Positions 49,939-60,189 of a DNA stretch of 64,000 bases are shown here, piece after piece (within the stretch, counting starts at the first letter, position 1; each line of letters opens with the position of its first letter). Position numbers and translations under genes: made by a program. The notes under the pieces are model-generated. The model made no database searches, had not been told where the DNA came from, and saw only the letters and a program-made list of their open reading frames with translations. Source of the stretch: an uncultured delta proteobacterium (GTDB lineage: Bacteria; Desulfobacterota; Binatia; JACPRU01); assembly GCA_963745025.1 (NCBI GenBank), contig CAVUWD010000010.1, positions 215,718-279,717 of the forward strand, given 5' to 3'.

Positions 49939-50064
49939 TCAGCGCTCGCGCGGTTCGAAGACCCCGAGCTTCTGGCTGACCACCGCACCGCGCATGAGCC
50001 GCAGCGTATTGCCGAGGAACGGGAAGGGGCTTCGCTGGAAGGCGACGCCGTAGCGCTTCGCCCA
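49939..50064 (-). pseudogene. Internal fragment of an HCCA isomerase/DsbA-family gene
   Basis: WAKRYGVAFQRSPFPFLGNTLRLMRGAVVSQKLGVFEP, which resembles the segment WVSRYGVPFQMNP...LRGALVAQKQG at about 51450. Confidence 0.55.
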
Positions 50065-50096
50065 GCTCCACCTTCCACGGGCCACGGCACTCCTCT

Positions 50097-50900
50097 TCAG
50101 GCTGCTCGGTCGATCTTCTCGAGGTACGGCTCGACGTCGGGAGCGAATGCGGGATGCCTCCGTAAACGATCGAAATGCGCGAAGGCCTGCGCGTATGCGG
50201 CGTCACTCCTGACCCCGTCGAGAACCGGCGAGAGGCCTCCTCGCTCGAGCGCGTTCCTCCGTGCCCGTTCGTTCGAGAAGAGTGCGAGCTCGGCGACGAA
50301 GCAGATGTCGGCGAGGGTCAGTCCCTCGCCGACGAGGAAGTGGCGCTCCGGAAGCAGCGCCCGGCTGATCCCGGCGAGATAGGTGCGCGAGACCGTCCCG
50401 GGCTCGCGATTGAATCTCGGCGGACACGGATCCGTCGAGCAGCGACAGCAAGTACGGTCTGCGCATCGCGAGCGAAGACGAGGCTCGCGTCGAGGAAGCT
50501 GTCGACGCGCGACGCCTCGTAAGGGCCGCTGCCGTAGAGCGGGAAGCGTCCCTCGCCGAGCCGGGCGACCGCGCGCATGATGCTGTTCGACTCGAAGATG
50601 CCGATGATGCCGTCGGGGCTGAACGCGGCCGGCACGGTGCCGAACGGATGCGCTTCGAGGAAGGCGCTGCGTCTTCCGCAGCTTGACTCCCTTGAAGCCG
50701 GTTCGGCCGATCTGCTCGCCCGCGGGCTCGGACTCGTCGGCCGCCGAGAGCGGCCGCGCGTCGAAGTCCCAGAGCCAGGACTGGAGCTCGGTGGGCGGCG
50801 CTCCCCGGACTTCGATCTCGACGCCGCAGAGGCGAGCGGCGATCGTCGCCTTCCAGATCCGCGGGTTCGGCAGGTACGAGAAGATCCGAAGCTGGCTCAT
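50097..50900 (-). CDS. Glutathione S-transferase-like protein (multiple frameshifts)
   Basis: Across frames: PFGTVPAAF, IFESNSIMRAVAR, FLVGEGLTLADI. Confidence 0.7.
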   Translation of the reverse strand: MSQLRIFSYLPNPRIWKATIAARLCGVEIEVRGAPPTELQSWLWDFDARPLSAADESEPAGEQIGRTGFKGVKLRKTQRLPRSASVRHRAGRVQPRRHHRHLRVEQHHARGRPARRGTLPALRQRPLRGVARRQLPRREPRLRSRCADRTCCRCSTDPCPPRFNREPGTVSRTYLAGISRALLPERHFLVGEGLTLADICFVAELALFSNERARRNALERGGLSPVLDGVRSDAAYAQAFAHFDRLRRHPAFAPDVEPYLEKIDRAA

Positions 50901-50907
50901 GCCGTCC

Positions 50908-51736
50908 TCACCACGGCTCCGCGAACGGCCGGATCTCGACGTTGAACGACCACGCGGACCGTTCCTGCTGGGCGACGTGCCACACCTCCTCGGCGATCGC
51001 GGACGGCTGGATGAAGAATGGGTCTCCCGCAGGCTTCGAAACCATCGCCCGGGTCCATTCGAGGTCGATGACGGCGTCGATCACGACATAGGCGACGTGC
51101 ACGCCCTTCGGCCCGATCTCGCGAGCGATCGCTTCTGCGAGGATCCGTTGCGCCGCCTTGGTCGGTGCAAAACCTGCGAACCTGGGCTTGCCGCGAAGCG
51201 CCGACGTGTTCCCGGTGACGATGATCGCTCCTTCCCCCGCTTCGATCATCGCGGGCGCTAGTCGCCGGGCCCGCTCGCCATACGCCGGTTCGTCGGCGGT
51301 CTTGAGGATTGCCTTTCCATCCAGGCCCGCCGCGCCGAGTCGCCCCGCCAAGAGCGCTCGGTCGTTCACGTCGAGACCCTCGCTCCAGAAGGCACCGAAG
51401 ATCGCGCGGTTATAGGCGTCCTCCGCGCCCTGCTTCTGGGCGACCAGGGCTCCTCTCAGGGAGAGACTCGGGTCTCCCTTAAAGACGTGTGGGTTCATCT
51501 GAAACGGCACGCCGTAGCGCGACACCCAGCGAGCGATGTCCTGGGTCGCGTACTTCAGCTTGTTGGCGCAGAGGACCGTCGTCGGGACGTTGCCGACCTG
51601 CTTCATGAGATTCAGCAGGTGCATCGGCCAGAGCCGGAAGCGAGCGCCCGTTCGCTCCTTCAGGGCGCCCAACTGCGTCTGCGCGAGGTATGTAGGGGCT
51701 GACGAAGTCGAAGAAGAAATCGACGTCTTGCGGCAT
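50908..51736 (-). pseudogene. Chimera: N-terminal HCCA isomerase/DsbA fused to the C-terminal half of an SDR
   Basis: MPQDVDFFFDFVSP.TYLA...GAFWSEG...EPAYGERARR joins LAPAMIEAGEGAIIVTGNTSALRG...FAPTKAAQR...HVAYVVIDA near 51260. Confidence 0.7.
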
Positions 51737-51797
51737 GGATCCTCCTGGCGCTCGCGAGGAGATTGCCATCTTCCCGGCCAGCGGCTATTTTCGTTTT

Positions 51798-51845
51798 TGA
51801 TGACGATCGTTACCAATCGTAGGTCAATCATGACGATCACCATCA
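51798..51845. promoter_or_regulatory. Paired palindromic operators, likely bound by the adjacent TetR
   Basis: TGATGACGATCGTTACCA and TCATGACGATCACCATCA (consensus TGATGACGATCGTCATCA) in the divergent promoter. Confidence 0.7.
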
Positions 51846-51876
51846 AGGCAAGAGGGCCTGAGGAGGAAGTTTTTCG

Positions 51877-52458
51877 ATGCGTGTGTCCAAGCAGGCGGCG
51901 GCCGAAAATCGACGACAGATCCTCACCGCGGCAGCGCGGCTCTTCCGTGAACATGGCATCGACGGGGCTGGCGTCGATGCCATCACTGAGGCCGCCGGCC
52001 TCACGCACGGGGCTTTCTACAGCCAGTTCGAATCGAAGGAGGCGGTCGTCGCGGAGGCTTTGCGCCTCGTACTCGACGAGTCGCGCGAGTTATGGGCGCG
52101 CGACGCGAGCGGCGAGGAGAAGAACGACGTCCTCGAGAGGATCATCGACCGCTACTTGTCTCGGCGCCATCGGGATTCACCCGGCGCAGGTTGTGCGGTC
52201 GCAGCGCTCGGCTCGGACATCGCTCGCCAGCCGAAGAAGATTCGTGATGTATTCACGAAGAGGCTCGAAGAGAGTCTCGACATCCTCGCGGGGCTGGTTC
52301 CAGCGAGGACGGCGTCGCGGCGCTACGACATGGCGATTCAGCTCTTCTCGGCAATGGTGGGCGCACTCATTCTCGCACGCGCAGTCGACGAGGAAGCCTT
52401 GTCGCGACGGATCCTCCAGACGGTGGCGGAAGGGCTGAAACGCGTCGCCCCCAGCTGA
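51877..52458 (+). CDS. TetR/AcrR-family transcriptional regulator
   Basis: AARLFREHG...AGLTHGAFYSQFESKE HTH; GCAVAAL. Confidence 0.93.
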   Translation: MRVSKQAAAENRRQILTAAARLFREHGIDGAGVDAITEAAGLTHGAFYSQFESKEAVVAEALRLVLDESRELWARDASGEEKNDVLERIIDRYLSRRHRDSPGAGCAVAALGSDIARQPKKIRDVFTKRLEESLDILAGLVPARTASRRYDMAIQLFSAMVGALILARAVDEEALSRRILQTVAEGLKRVAPS

Positions 52459-52672
52459 GGGTGGTCTTTTGGGGTATGTCGATGAACCATCCCGCGGTCA
52501 TCGGCGGCGTTTGGGCTTCTGATCGATGCGCTACGCCGTCGCGGCTGACGCCGGGACCATCCCGGCCATCATACCGGGAGGTGGCGCTTAGGCCCGCTGG
52601 GGAGACCTGTAGAGTTCCCGGAGCTCCCAACGTCCGGGATCGATCGTTGTGGCAACTCGGCCGCCGATACTG

Positions 52673-54937
52673 GTGATGGGCGACGGGATCATGGCGCTCT
52701 TCGGCGCCCCGCTCGCCCACGAGGACCACGCCGTCCGAGCCCGCTACGCCGCCCTCGCCATGCAGCAGGCGATCTCCGGCTACGCCGCGGAGCTGCGCCG
52801 GGAGCACGGTGTCGAGGTCACAGATCCGCATCGGACTCAATTCGGGCGAAGTGGTAGTTCGCGCCATCGGCAGCGATCTCCGCATGGACTACTCCGCGGT
52901 CGGCCAGACGACGCATCTGGCCGCGCGCATGGAGCAGCTCGCGACGCCCGGGACGACGCGATTGACCGGCGAGACGGTCCGGCTCGCCGAGGGATTCGTC
53001 CACGTCGTCTCCCTCGGTCCGATGCCAGTCAAGGGCGTGACGGCGCCGGTGGAGGTGTTCGAGCTGATCAGCCCGACGGCCACGCGCACACGCTGGCAGG
53101 CCGCGGCGGCGCGAGGCCTCACCCGCTTCGTTGGGCGCGACCGGGAACAGGACCACCTGCGCGAAGCCTCGGACGCCTGCTGCTGGTCAACTACCGCCCC
53201 GAGTACTCCCATCGATGGGCAGGCAAGACCTACTACAGCCAGCTCCGGCTCGACCCGCTGCCTCCAGAGAGCTCGGAGGAGCTCCTCCGGGCGCTCGTCG
53301 GTGAGCACCCGGAGCTCGATCCGATCAAGCAAATGCTCGCCGAGCGGGCGGAGGGAACCCCGTTCTTCCTCGAGGAGTGCGTGCAGACGCTCGTGGAGAC
53401 GGGGGCGCTGACCGGAGAGCGGGGTGCCTACCGGCTGGCGAAAGCCTTCAACACGATTCAGATGCCCGCCACCGTGCAGGCCATCCTCGCGGCCCGGATC
53501 GATCGCCTGCCGCCGGAGGACAAGACCTTGCTCCAAACGGCGGCTGTGATCGGCAAGGAAGTCCCGTTCGCGCTCTTGCAGGCCCTCGCCGAGCTGTCGG
53601 ACGACGCGCTCCGGCACGGTCTCGGCCGACTCCAGGCTTCCGAGTTCCTGTACGAGACGGCGCTCTTCCCCGAGCTCGAATACACGTTCAAGCATGCGCT
53701 GACCCAGGAAGTGGCCTATGGGGGACTGCTCCAGGAGCGCCGTCGCGCCCTGCACGCCGCGATCGTCCGGGCGTTCGAAGGGCTCTATCCCGAACGCGCC
53801 GGCGAGCAGACGAGCTGGCTCACACTTCACGCGTTCCGCGGGGAGCTTTGGGGTCGAGCCGTCGCATATCTCCGGGGCAGCAAGCTGCCGACCCTCGACG
53901 AGTATAAGAGCAGCTTCGCCGGCTTCGAGAGCGGGGGCGTTCTCTGGTGGGTGGGGGACCACGAGCACGTCATCCGCACCGCCCCGCGGGAGCTGGGCGC
54001 GTTGTCCTCTATCCAGGGATGGAGCTTCGGTCTCCACGTTGCGGTGAACCTACGCCTCGGTCAAGCCCACCACTCGCTCGGCGAGTACTCCCGCGCGCGG
54101 GAATACCTCCGGAAAAATGTCGAGCTGATCGGCGACGAGCTGCTCCACGATCGGTCGGAAATGCTCGGGCTGCCCTCGGTGCTTTCCCGCGCCTGGCTCG
54201 CCATGTGCCTGGCTGAGCAAGGAGAGTTCGCGGAAGGACTCGCCGTGGGAGAGGAGGCGCTACACATCGCCGAGACGGGGGACCCGGCGTACAGCCTCGT
54301 CGTCGCGTGCGTCGGCCTCGGAACGGTCCTCGTGCTCCAGGGAGAGGTCGAGCGCGCCACGTCCATCCTGGACCGAGGGCTCCGCACCGATCCCGGTGAG
54401 CCTATCGGCCGGGTATGGCCCTTCGTGGCGTCCACGCTGGGCGCGGCGTACATCGGCCTCGGGCGCTTGGACGACGCCCTGCCACTCCTCGAGCAAGCGG
54501 TGGAGCGGGCGGTCGCCATGAAGCTGATGGCGAATCATCCCCTCCGGCTCGTCCGCCTGGCGGAAGCGCACGTCATGGCCGGGCGACCCGAGAGCGCTTC
54601 CCCCCTCGCCACGAGGGCGATCGACCTCGCCATGGAACAGCGCGAGCGCGGGCACGAAGCGTATGCTCTCAAGCTCCTCGGCGACGTGTGGGCGATCCGC
54701 GATGACCCCGACGAGGACCGGGCCGAGGAGCACTACCGCAAAGCCCTGGCGCTGGCGGTGCAGCTCGGCATGCGCCCGTTGCAGGGGCACTGCCATCTCG
54801 GCCTCGGTCGGCTCGCCCGGCGCAGGCGTGATGGCGACGCGGCCGGGGCGGCGCTGGCGGCCGCGCACGACCTGTTCCAGGAGTTGCAGATGACCTTCTG
54901 GCTTCGTCAGCTCGAGGCCGTGGCGCGCGGCCGGTGA
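52673..54937 (+). pseudogene. Truncated adenylate/guanylate cyclase-AAA-TPR protein (5' end and P-loop region missing)
   Basis: MGDGIMALFGAP.AHEDHA, IRIGLNSGEV, AARMEQLA, FVGRDRE, then a direct jump to LLVNYRPEY near 53175; GTPFFLEE, ARIDRL, YTFKHAL, TPR-like C-terminus. Confidence 0.75.
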
Positions 54938-54980
54938 TGCCGGAGCGCGGGACCTCCGGGCGCCCGATCGGTCCTCCGCC

Positions 54981-55284
54981 CTACTCGCGTCGAAGCGCGG
55001 GGAGCACGGTCTTCGCGAACGGCTCGATGCTCTTCGTCGCGAGGGGGTGGGGCAGGCTGCCGAACTGAAACAGCCCCATGAACACGCCGGCGCCCAGCTC
55101 TTGCATGTGGGCGCGAATCTCGCGGGCCCACGTAGTCGGGATCCCCGACGAACGTCAGCCCCTCCTTCTGCGTCAGGTCGAAGTCGAACTCGTAGAGGGG
55201 CAGCTCCTCCGCGGACCGGACGAGGGGCCGCCGCGCCGGCGGCGTCTGGCCGAGCAGCTTCATCGAGCCGCGGTGATAGCTCAA
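54981..55284 (-). pseudogene. C-terminal remnant of an LLM oxidoreductase
   Basis: FVGDPDYV...QELGAGVFMGLFQFGSLPH..ATKSIEPFAKTVLP across a frameshift; no 5' part is present. Confidence 0.6.
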
Positions 55285-55562
55285 GAGCCGTAAAATCGGG
55301 CCCGTCGTGCGACAGCCAGTGTCCGAGATGGAGGGTTATGTCGCTTCCAGGCCTCTTGTACCCGCTATCCTCTCGCCCTCCCCGTTCCGCACGATCCGCG
55401 CTTCGGCCATGGCGGTGCTCCTTCTCGACCGGCGAGCGGAAATTCTACTGGCCGGCGCTGGCGAAGCCCATCGAGGCGTCCGCGGGCCGGGGTTGGGATA
55501 GAGTGTCGCCGATTCCAGCACAGCCGCCACGTGGCTTGTCTCGGCGGTGACGGGAGGCTCGA

Positions 55563-56057
55563 ATGCGCGACCTCGGCCCTGAATACGCCCGCCTTGACGA
55601 CGATGCGTTCACGCCGCGTTACCGGGCAAGCTGCCATTGCGGCGCGGTCCGCTACGAGGTGAGCTCCGATCCGGTCGATGCCAAGATCTGCCACTGCCGG
55701 GCCTGCCAGTCGTTGCACGGCGCGCCCATGCAATGGGCCGCGATCTTCCACAAGCGCCATGTCCGGATGACCCGCGGGATCGAGCATCTTCGTTTCTATT
55801 CCTACACCCTCGACCGGGCCGAGCGGGTGGCGCCGTGCAAGGTGAGCTGCGCGCGCTGCGGCACGCCCATCGCTGACGAAGGCCGCCGCATGTGGCTCGC
55901 GTTTCCGACGCTGTTCGATTTCGGAGAGGTGGGCGAGGTGCCCGAAGCGTTCCGGCCGACCTGTCACATATTCTACGGCCAGCGGATCGTGGACATGGCC
56001 GACGCCTTGCCCAAATGGTCGGGACACAAGAACGCCTCCGAACAGATCGGCGTTTGA
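55563..56057 (+). CDS. GFA (glutathione-dependent formaldehyde-activating) family protein
   Basis: CHCGAV, CHCRAC, CARCGT, PTCHIFY, D.LPKW. Confidence 0.9.
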   Translation: MRDLGPEYARLDDDAFTPRYRASCHCGAVRYEVSSDPVDAKICHCRACQSLHGAPMQWAAIFHKRHVRMTRGIEHLRFYSYTLDRAERVAPCKVSCARCGTPIADEGRRMWLAFPTLFDFGEVGEVPEAFRPTCHIFYGQRIVDMADALPKWSGHKNASEQIGV

Positions 56058-56126
56058 CGCGACCCGCGATTGGGTCGACCACGGTCCACAACTCATCTCC
56101 GCGAACGAACACCGGACATTTTGGCG

Positions 56127-56906
56127 TCACCATTTTTCGACCCACGGCCGCAACACGATTTCGAACGCCCAAGTCGATCGATGCTGCCGATGCAGTTGAA
56201 GATACGTCTGCGCGATGTGGTCCGGGTCGGCCATGTTGTCGTCGACGGTTGTTCCTGCGAGGCGGTGCGCTCGAGTGCCGTCCTCCTGGGTCCAGCCGAT
56301 TGCCGCGTCGATCGGTACGTTTGCAACGTGGATGCCTTCCGGCATCAGTTCCCTCGCCATGCTTTGGGCCAGTCCGGACTTCGCATGACATGCCATCGCA
56401 AACGCGCCGCTCAACGGGAAACCTTTGAGCGATGCGCTCGCGTTCGTGAAGATGATCGTGCCCTTCACCCCGTTGCGATCGGGTTTGTTGGTACGCATGA
56501 GTCGCGCTGCCTGTTGACCCACCAAAAATGCGCTGAATGCCGAGTTTCGAAGCGTGTTGAGCGCCAGGCTCGGTTCGGCTTCGGCGATCCCCTTGCGAAA
56601 AATGTCCGGCACCCGGCCGTCGATGTTGTGCACGACGAGTGTGGGCGACCCGAGATCCCGAACCACATCGCGGAAGAGCCGCTCCACGGACGCCGGTTCG
56701 CTTGCATCACAGGCATATCGGCGAACGCCGTGCCTTTTCTCGAGCTTCTCCAGGACCGGCTTGTCCGGACTCCTCGCGGCGATGGCGACCTTCATCCCCC
56801 TTCCCGCGAATAGCCTGGCGCAACTTGCGGAGATTCCGGGGCCGCCTCCGACGATGAGCGCAACGTCCTGCACCGATTGTTGGTCCGGTTTTTCCGATTG
56901 GGTCAT
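56127..56906 (-). CDS. Short-chain dehydrogenase/reductase
   Basis: VGGGPGIS, FTNASASLKG, GLAQSMAREL, HVANVPID. Confidence 0.9.
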   Translation of the reverse strand: MTQSEKPDQQSVQDVALIVGGGPGISASCARLFAGRGMKVAIAARSPDKPVLEKLEKRHGVRRYACDASEPASVERLFRDVVRDLGSPTLVVHNIDGRVPDIFRKGIAEAEPSLALNTLRNSAFSAFLVGQQAARLMRTNKPDRNGVKGTIIFTNASASLKGFPLSGAFAMACHAKSGLAQSMARELMPEGIHVANVPIDAAIGWTQEDGTRAHRLAGTTVDDNMADPDHIAQTYLQLHRQHRSTWAFEIVLRPWVEKW

Positions 56907-57018
56907 GTTCGCGCTCCGAAACGAAAGGTGATGTCGAGGCGAATCGAATCCCTCTCCTGCATACATAGAATGGTTGCTTTAAAAAACCACATGGTCTCAT
57001 CCATACGTACGATCCGAC

Positions 57019-57783
57019 TCAGTGATTCCACCAGGGGCGATCCGAAAACGAACGCATGTCGAGCTCGTGCGTCCACGTGGATCGATGTTGCTGCGCGAGG
57101 TGGAGATAGGTGTCCGCGATTTTGGCGGGAAGCATGAGCCCGTCGTGTTCGTTGCCTCGGGTTTCTCTCAGTTGCTGGAAGCGCTCCGGTCCGAGCATCT
57201 TTCCCAACGTGTCGGGCGCATCTACCGCGCCGTCGATGACGATGTGCACGACGTGAATTCCCTTCGAAGCGAACTCCGCGTTGAGCGATTGGCACAGCAT
57301 GCGTCGTCCGCCCATCGCAGCCGCATGGGAATGTTGGCCGCCATTGCCGCGCATTGCTGCCGTCGACGAAGTCACCAGAATCGTCCCTTTGCCGCGCCCC
57401 GCCATCAGCGGGCAAACGACCGATGCAAGACGAAACAGGCCGAACGTGCCGAGTCGCCATCCCGTTTCGAATGCCTTGAGAGACGTATCGCCGAGCGCCC
57501 GGTCGCCGATCTGGGCGCCCAGGTTGTAGACGACGACCTCGATCGGACCGATGTCCGCCTCGATGGCGGCAACCCGCTCTTCAATGCTGTTTGCCTCGAT
57601 CGCGTCGAGGAGAAATCCGGATGCCGAGCCTCCTTCGTGATTGATGGAGTCGACCATCCGATTCAGCCCGTCCAGATCGCTGCGTCGGCACAGACACGCG
57701 TGATAGCCCGCTTGTGCGAAGCGTCGCGCGACGTTTCCACCAATGCCTGCACCGGCGCCGATCACCAGACAAACGGGTTTCAT
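57019..57783 (-). CDS. Short-chain dehydrogenase/reductase
   Basis: IGAGAGIG, VYNLG, TSSTAAMRG, HVVHIVIDG. Confidence 0.92.
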   Translation of the reverse strand: MKPVCLVIGAGAGIGGNVARRFAQAGYHACLCRRSDLDGLNRMVDSINHEGGSASGFLLDAIEANSIEERVAAIEADIGPIEVVVYNLGAQIGDRALGDTSLKAFETGWRLGTFGLFRLASVVCPLMAGRGKGTILVTSSTAAMRGNGGQHSHAAAMGGRRMLCQSLNAEFASKGIHVVHIVIDGAVDAPDTLGKMLGPERFQQLRETRGNEHDGLMLPAKIADTYLHLAQQHRSTWTHELDMRSFSDRPWWNH

Positions 57784-57820
57784 GCTCAGTCTTGATCTCG
57801 TGGCCGGCGGCTAATTTTTT

Positions 57821-57868
57821 TGATGACGATCGTTACCAATCATCGGTCAATCATGACGACCACTATCA
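57821..57868. promoter_or_regulatory. Second copy of the paired TetR-type operators
   Basis: TGATGACGATCGTTACCA, identical to 51798-51815, plus TCATGACGACCACTATCA at the same 30-bp spacing. Confidence 0.7.
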
Positions 57869-57900
57869 AACGAGTCAAGAGGGCCAGCTGTTACAGCCCA

Positions 57901-60189
57901 CTAGTCGGGACAGGCCGGGTCGGCGCAGGTGATCGGCGTCAGCGAGTTTTCGGTGATCGTGAAGCGGTGGCCGCCCTCGAGATCGTCGAACCGCGTGGTC
58001 GCGCCGGAGGGCCAGGTGATCTCCAGCTCGCGGATGAGATTCTCCTCGGCGAGGCCGAAGTGCTGGATCGAGCTCTGCTGGGACAGGTACGCGGACCCCG
58101 CTCCGACGACGCGGGTCTGCCAGCCGTGGCCGGTGCGCAGGCGAATCTTCGCGCCCACGGCGTCGCGGTTCGAGACCGTGCCGACGAGCTTGAATTCGAC
58201 CCAATGCTCGCGGCCGCCGCGGTTCTTCAGGAGCTGGGTCGGCTGCTTGTAGTTGCGCAGCAAGAGATCGGGTTGGCCATCGTTGTTGTAGTCGAAGACG
58301 GAGAGCCCGCGCCCGTCTTCTTGCCGCGCGGCGCCGTTCACGAACGCGACGTCGGTGAACGTGCCGTCGCCGTTGTTGCGCAAGAGCACCTTTCGCTCAC
58401 GACCGTTCAGGCTGTGCGAACCGATGTTCAGCAGCGTTCCGGTCGTCTGATCGAGGCGTCGACCGACGCCTTCGAACATGTCCATTCAGACGTCGTCGGG
58501 GAGCTGGCCGGTGACGAAGCCGTTCTCGGCGAAGATGTCGAGCCGGCCGTCGTTGTCGTAGTCGAGGAACTCCGCTCCCCAGCCCCACTGCGCGTCGCGC
58601 ACGCCGGCCTGTCTGGACACGTCGGTGAACGTGCCGTTCCCATTGTTGCGGAAGAGCGTCCAGCCGCGCGTCAGGTCCTCGATGATTTGATCGGAGCGGC
58701 GCTTCACTTCCGTCGTGAAGACTCCGAGCAGCCGGAAGTACCAAGGCGCCGGCACCGGAAAGTCTGGATGAAAGAGCGCCCAGCGCGAGTTCGCGTACAT
58801 GTTGGAGACGTAGACGTCGAGATCTCCGTCGCCGTCGTAGTCGCCCCACGCGACACCCATGCCCGCGGTACGGATCCTCGCGCCGCTCTTTGCGCTCACG
58901 TCCTCGAACGTACCGTCGCCGCGGTTCCGGTAGAGCACCGAAAATCCGAATTCGTTGGCGACGTACAAATCGGGCCAACCGTCGTTGTCGTAGTCGCCCC
59001 AGGCGCCGGCGAGCCCCCAGCCCCTGTCGCCCACGCGCGCTTGCCCCGTCACGTCGGTGAACGTGCCGTCATGGTTGTTGTGGAGCAGCTGGTTCGGCAA
59101 TCCATTGTTGGCTTCGTAGTTGGGCCTCGGGCTCGTCTTTTCGTGATCTCCCATGCGCACGACGTAGACGTCGAGGAAGCCGTCGCGGTCGTAGTCTGCG
59201 ACGGTCGCCATGCTCGACCAGGCGCCCTCTGGAATGCCGGCCTCGACGGTGACGTCGACGAATCGCGGAGCCCCGTCGCTGCCCGGGAGGTTGTGGAAGA
59301 GGCGGTTGCCGCCCTTGATCGCCGCCACGAAGAGATCGGGCCGGCCGTCGTTGTCGTAGTCGAAGAACACGGCGCCCGTGGCGACGGCCGGGAAGGGGTG
59401 GGGAATGCCCCACTGCGCGGTGACGTCCGTGAACGTGCCGTTGCAGTCGTTCTTGTAGAGAACCGCCTCGGGATCGCCGGGGAGGAAAAGGTCCTCGCAG
59501 CCGTCCCCGTCGACGTCGGCGACGGCGGTTCCCGCGCTGCTCGTCGTGCCGCCGATCATCCGGAAGATCGGCGAGCCCGCGTTGGTGTGGGTGTTTCGGA
59601 TCCCCGCTTCCTCGGTGGCGAGGGCGAACCGCGGCTCGCGGCGCGAGACCATCTCGCGCGCGGTGACTTCCTCGGCGGTGATGCGCCAGTCCTTGCTTCG
59701 CTGCGCGATGTGGATGTGCATGCGTTGATCGAGCTGCGCGGCGGAACCGTCGGCGCGCGTGCCCCGGACGATCAGATGAACGTCGGCCGGATACCCTTCG
59801 GCATCGGCCGCGTCCCAGTAGATTCGGTGAATGCGTAGCTCCGCCTTGTCGACCGTGGGGAAGAGATCGAGAATCCGCTGATAGCGATCGCGGATCGACT
59901 CGCGTCCGGTCGATCCTTGCCAACGGACCATCTCCTCCTCTTGCTGCGGGTAGATCGCACGGCTCCCGTCCCAGAGCAGGCCCGAGCCGGCGTCGGTCAC
60001 GTAGAGCGAAAGGATCTGATCCAGGTCGCGCGACTTGATGTACGCCGGCAGGTGACGGTGGAACTCGGAATTGATCGGGTCGATGACCGTCTGGCGGGTC
60101 GTTTCCCAGCGGTCCGCGCGCACGGCCGCCGGCGCGACGAGCGCGACCAGAACGGCGACGCCGAGAGCTCTACGTGCTGAACGATCCAT
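57901..60189 (-). CDS. Secreted FG-GAP/VCBS-repeat + ASPIC/UnbV (CRTAC1-like) protein with an in-frame UGA; candidate selenoprotein (~762 aa, Sec at about residue 568)
   Basis: Signal peptide MDRSARRALGVAVLVALVAPAAVRA; multiple DYDNDG..DL / RN.GDGTF.DV repeats; ...GQLPDDV-UGA-MDMFEG... continues in frame into a further FG-GAP repeat and ASPIC/UnbV (SNRDAVGA, YLSQQS, HFGL, ITWPSG). Confidence 0.75.
58444..58492 (-). promoter_or_regulatory. Bacterial SECIS-like stem-loop immediately 3' of the UGA
   Basis: mRNA: CGUCUGA AUGGACAUGU UCGA A GGCGUC [GGUC] GACGCC UCGA UCAGACG. 10-bp upper stem with one bulge, GGUC loop 21 nt after the UGA, and a 7-bp lower stem that includes the UGA. Confidence 0.72.

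Noticed and set aside
58483-58488. Two separate translationally coupled genes (TGA-ATG)
   Set aside because: Not fully excluded but disfavoured: there is no RBS, the second product would lack a signal peptide while completing the same propeller, and a SECIS-like hairpin sits where Sec decoding would need it.
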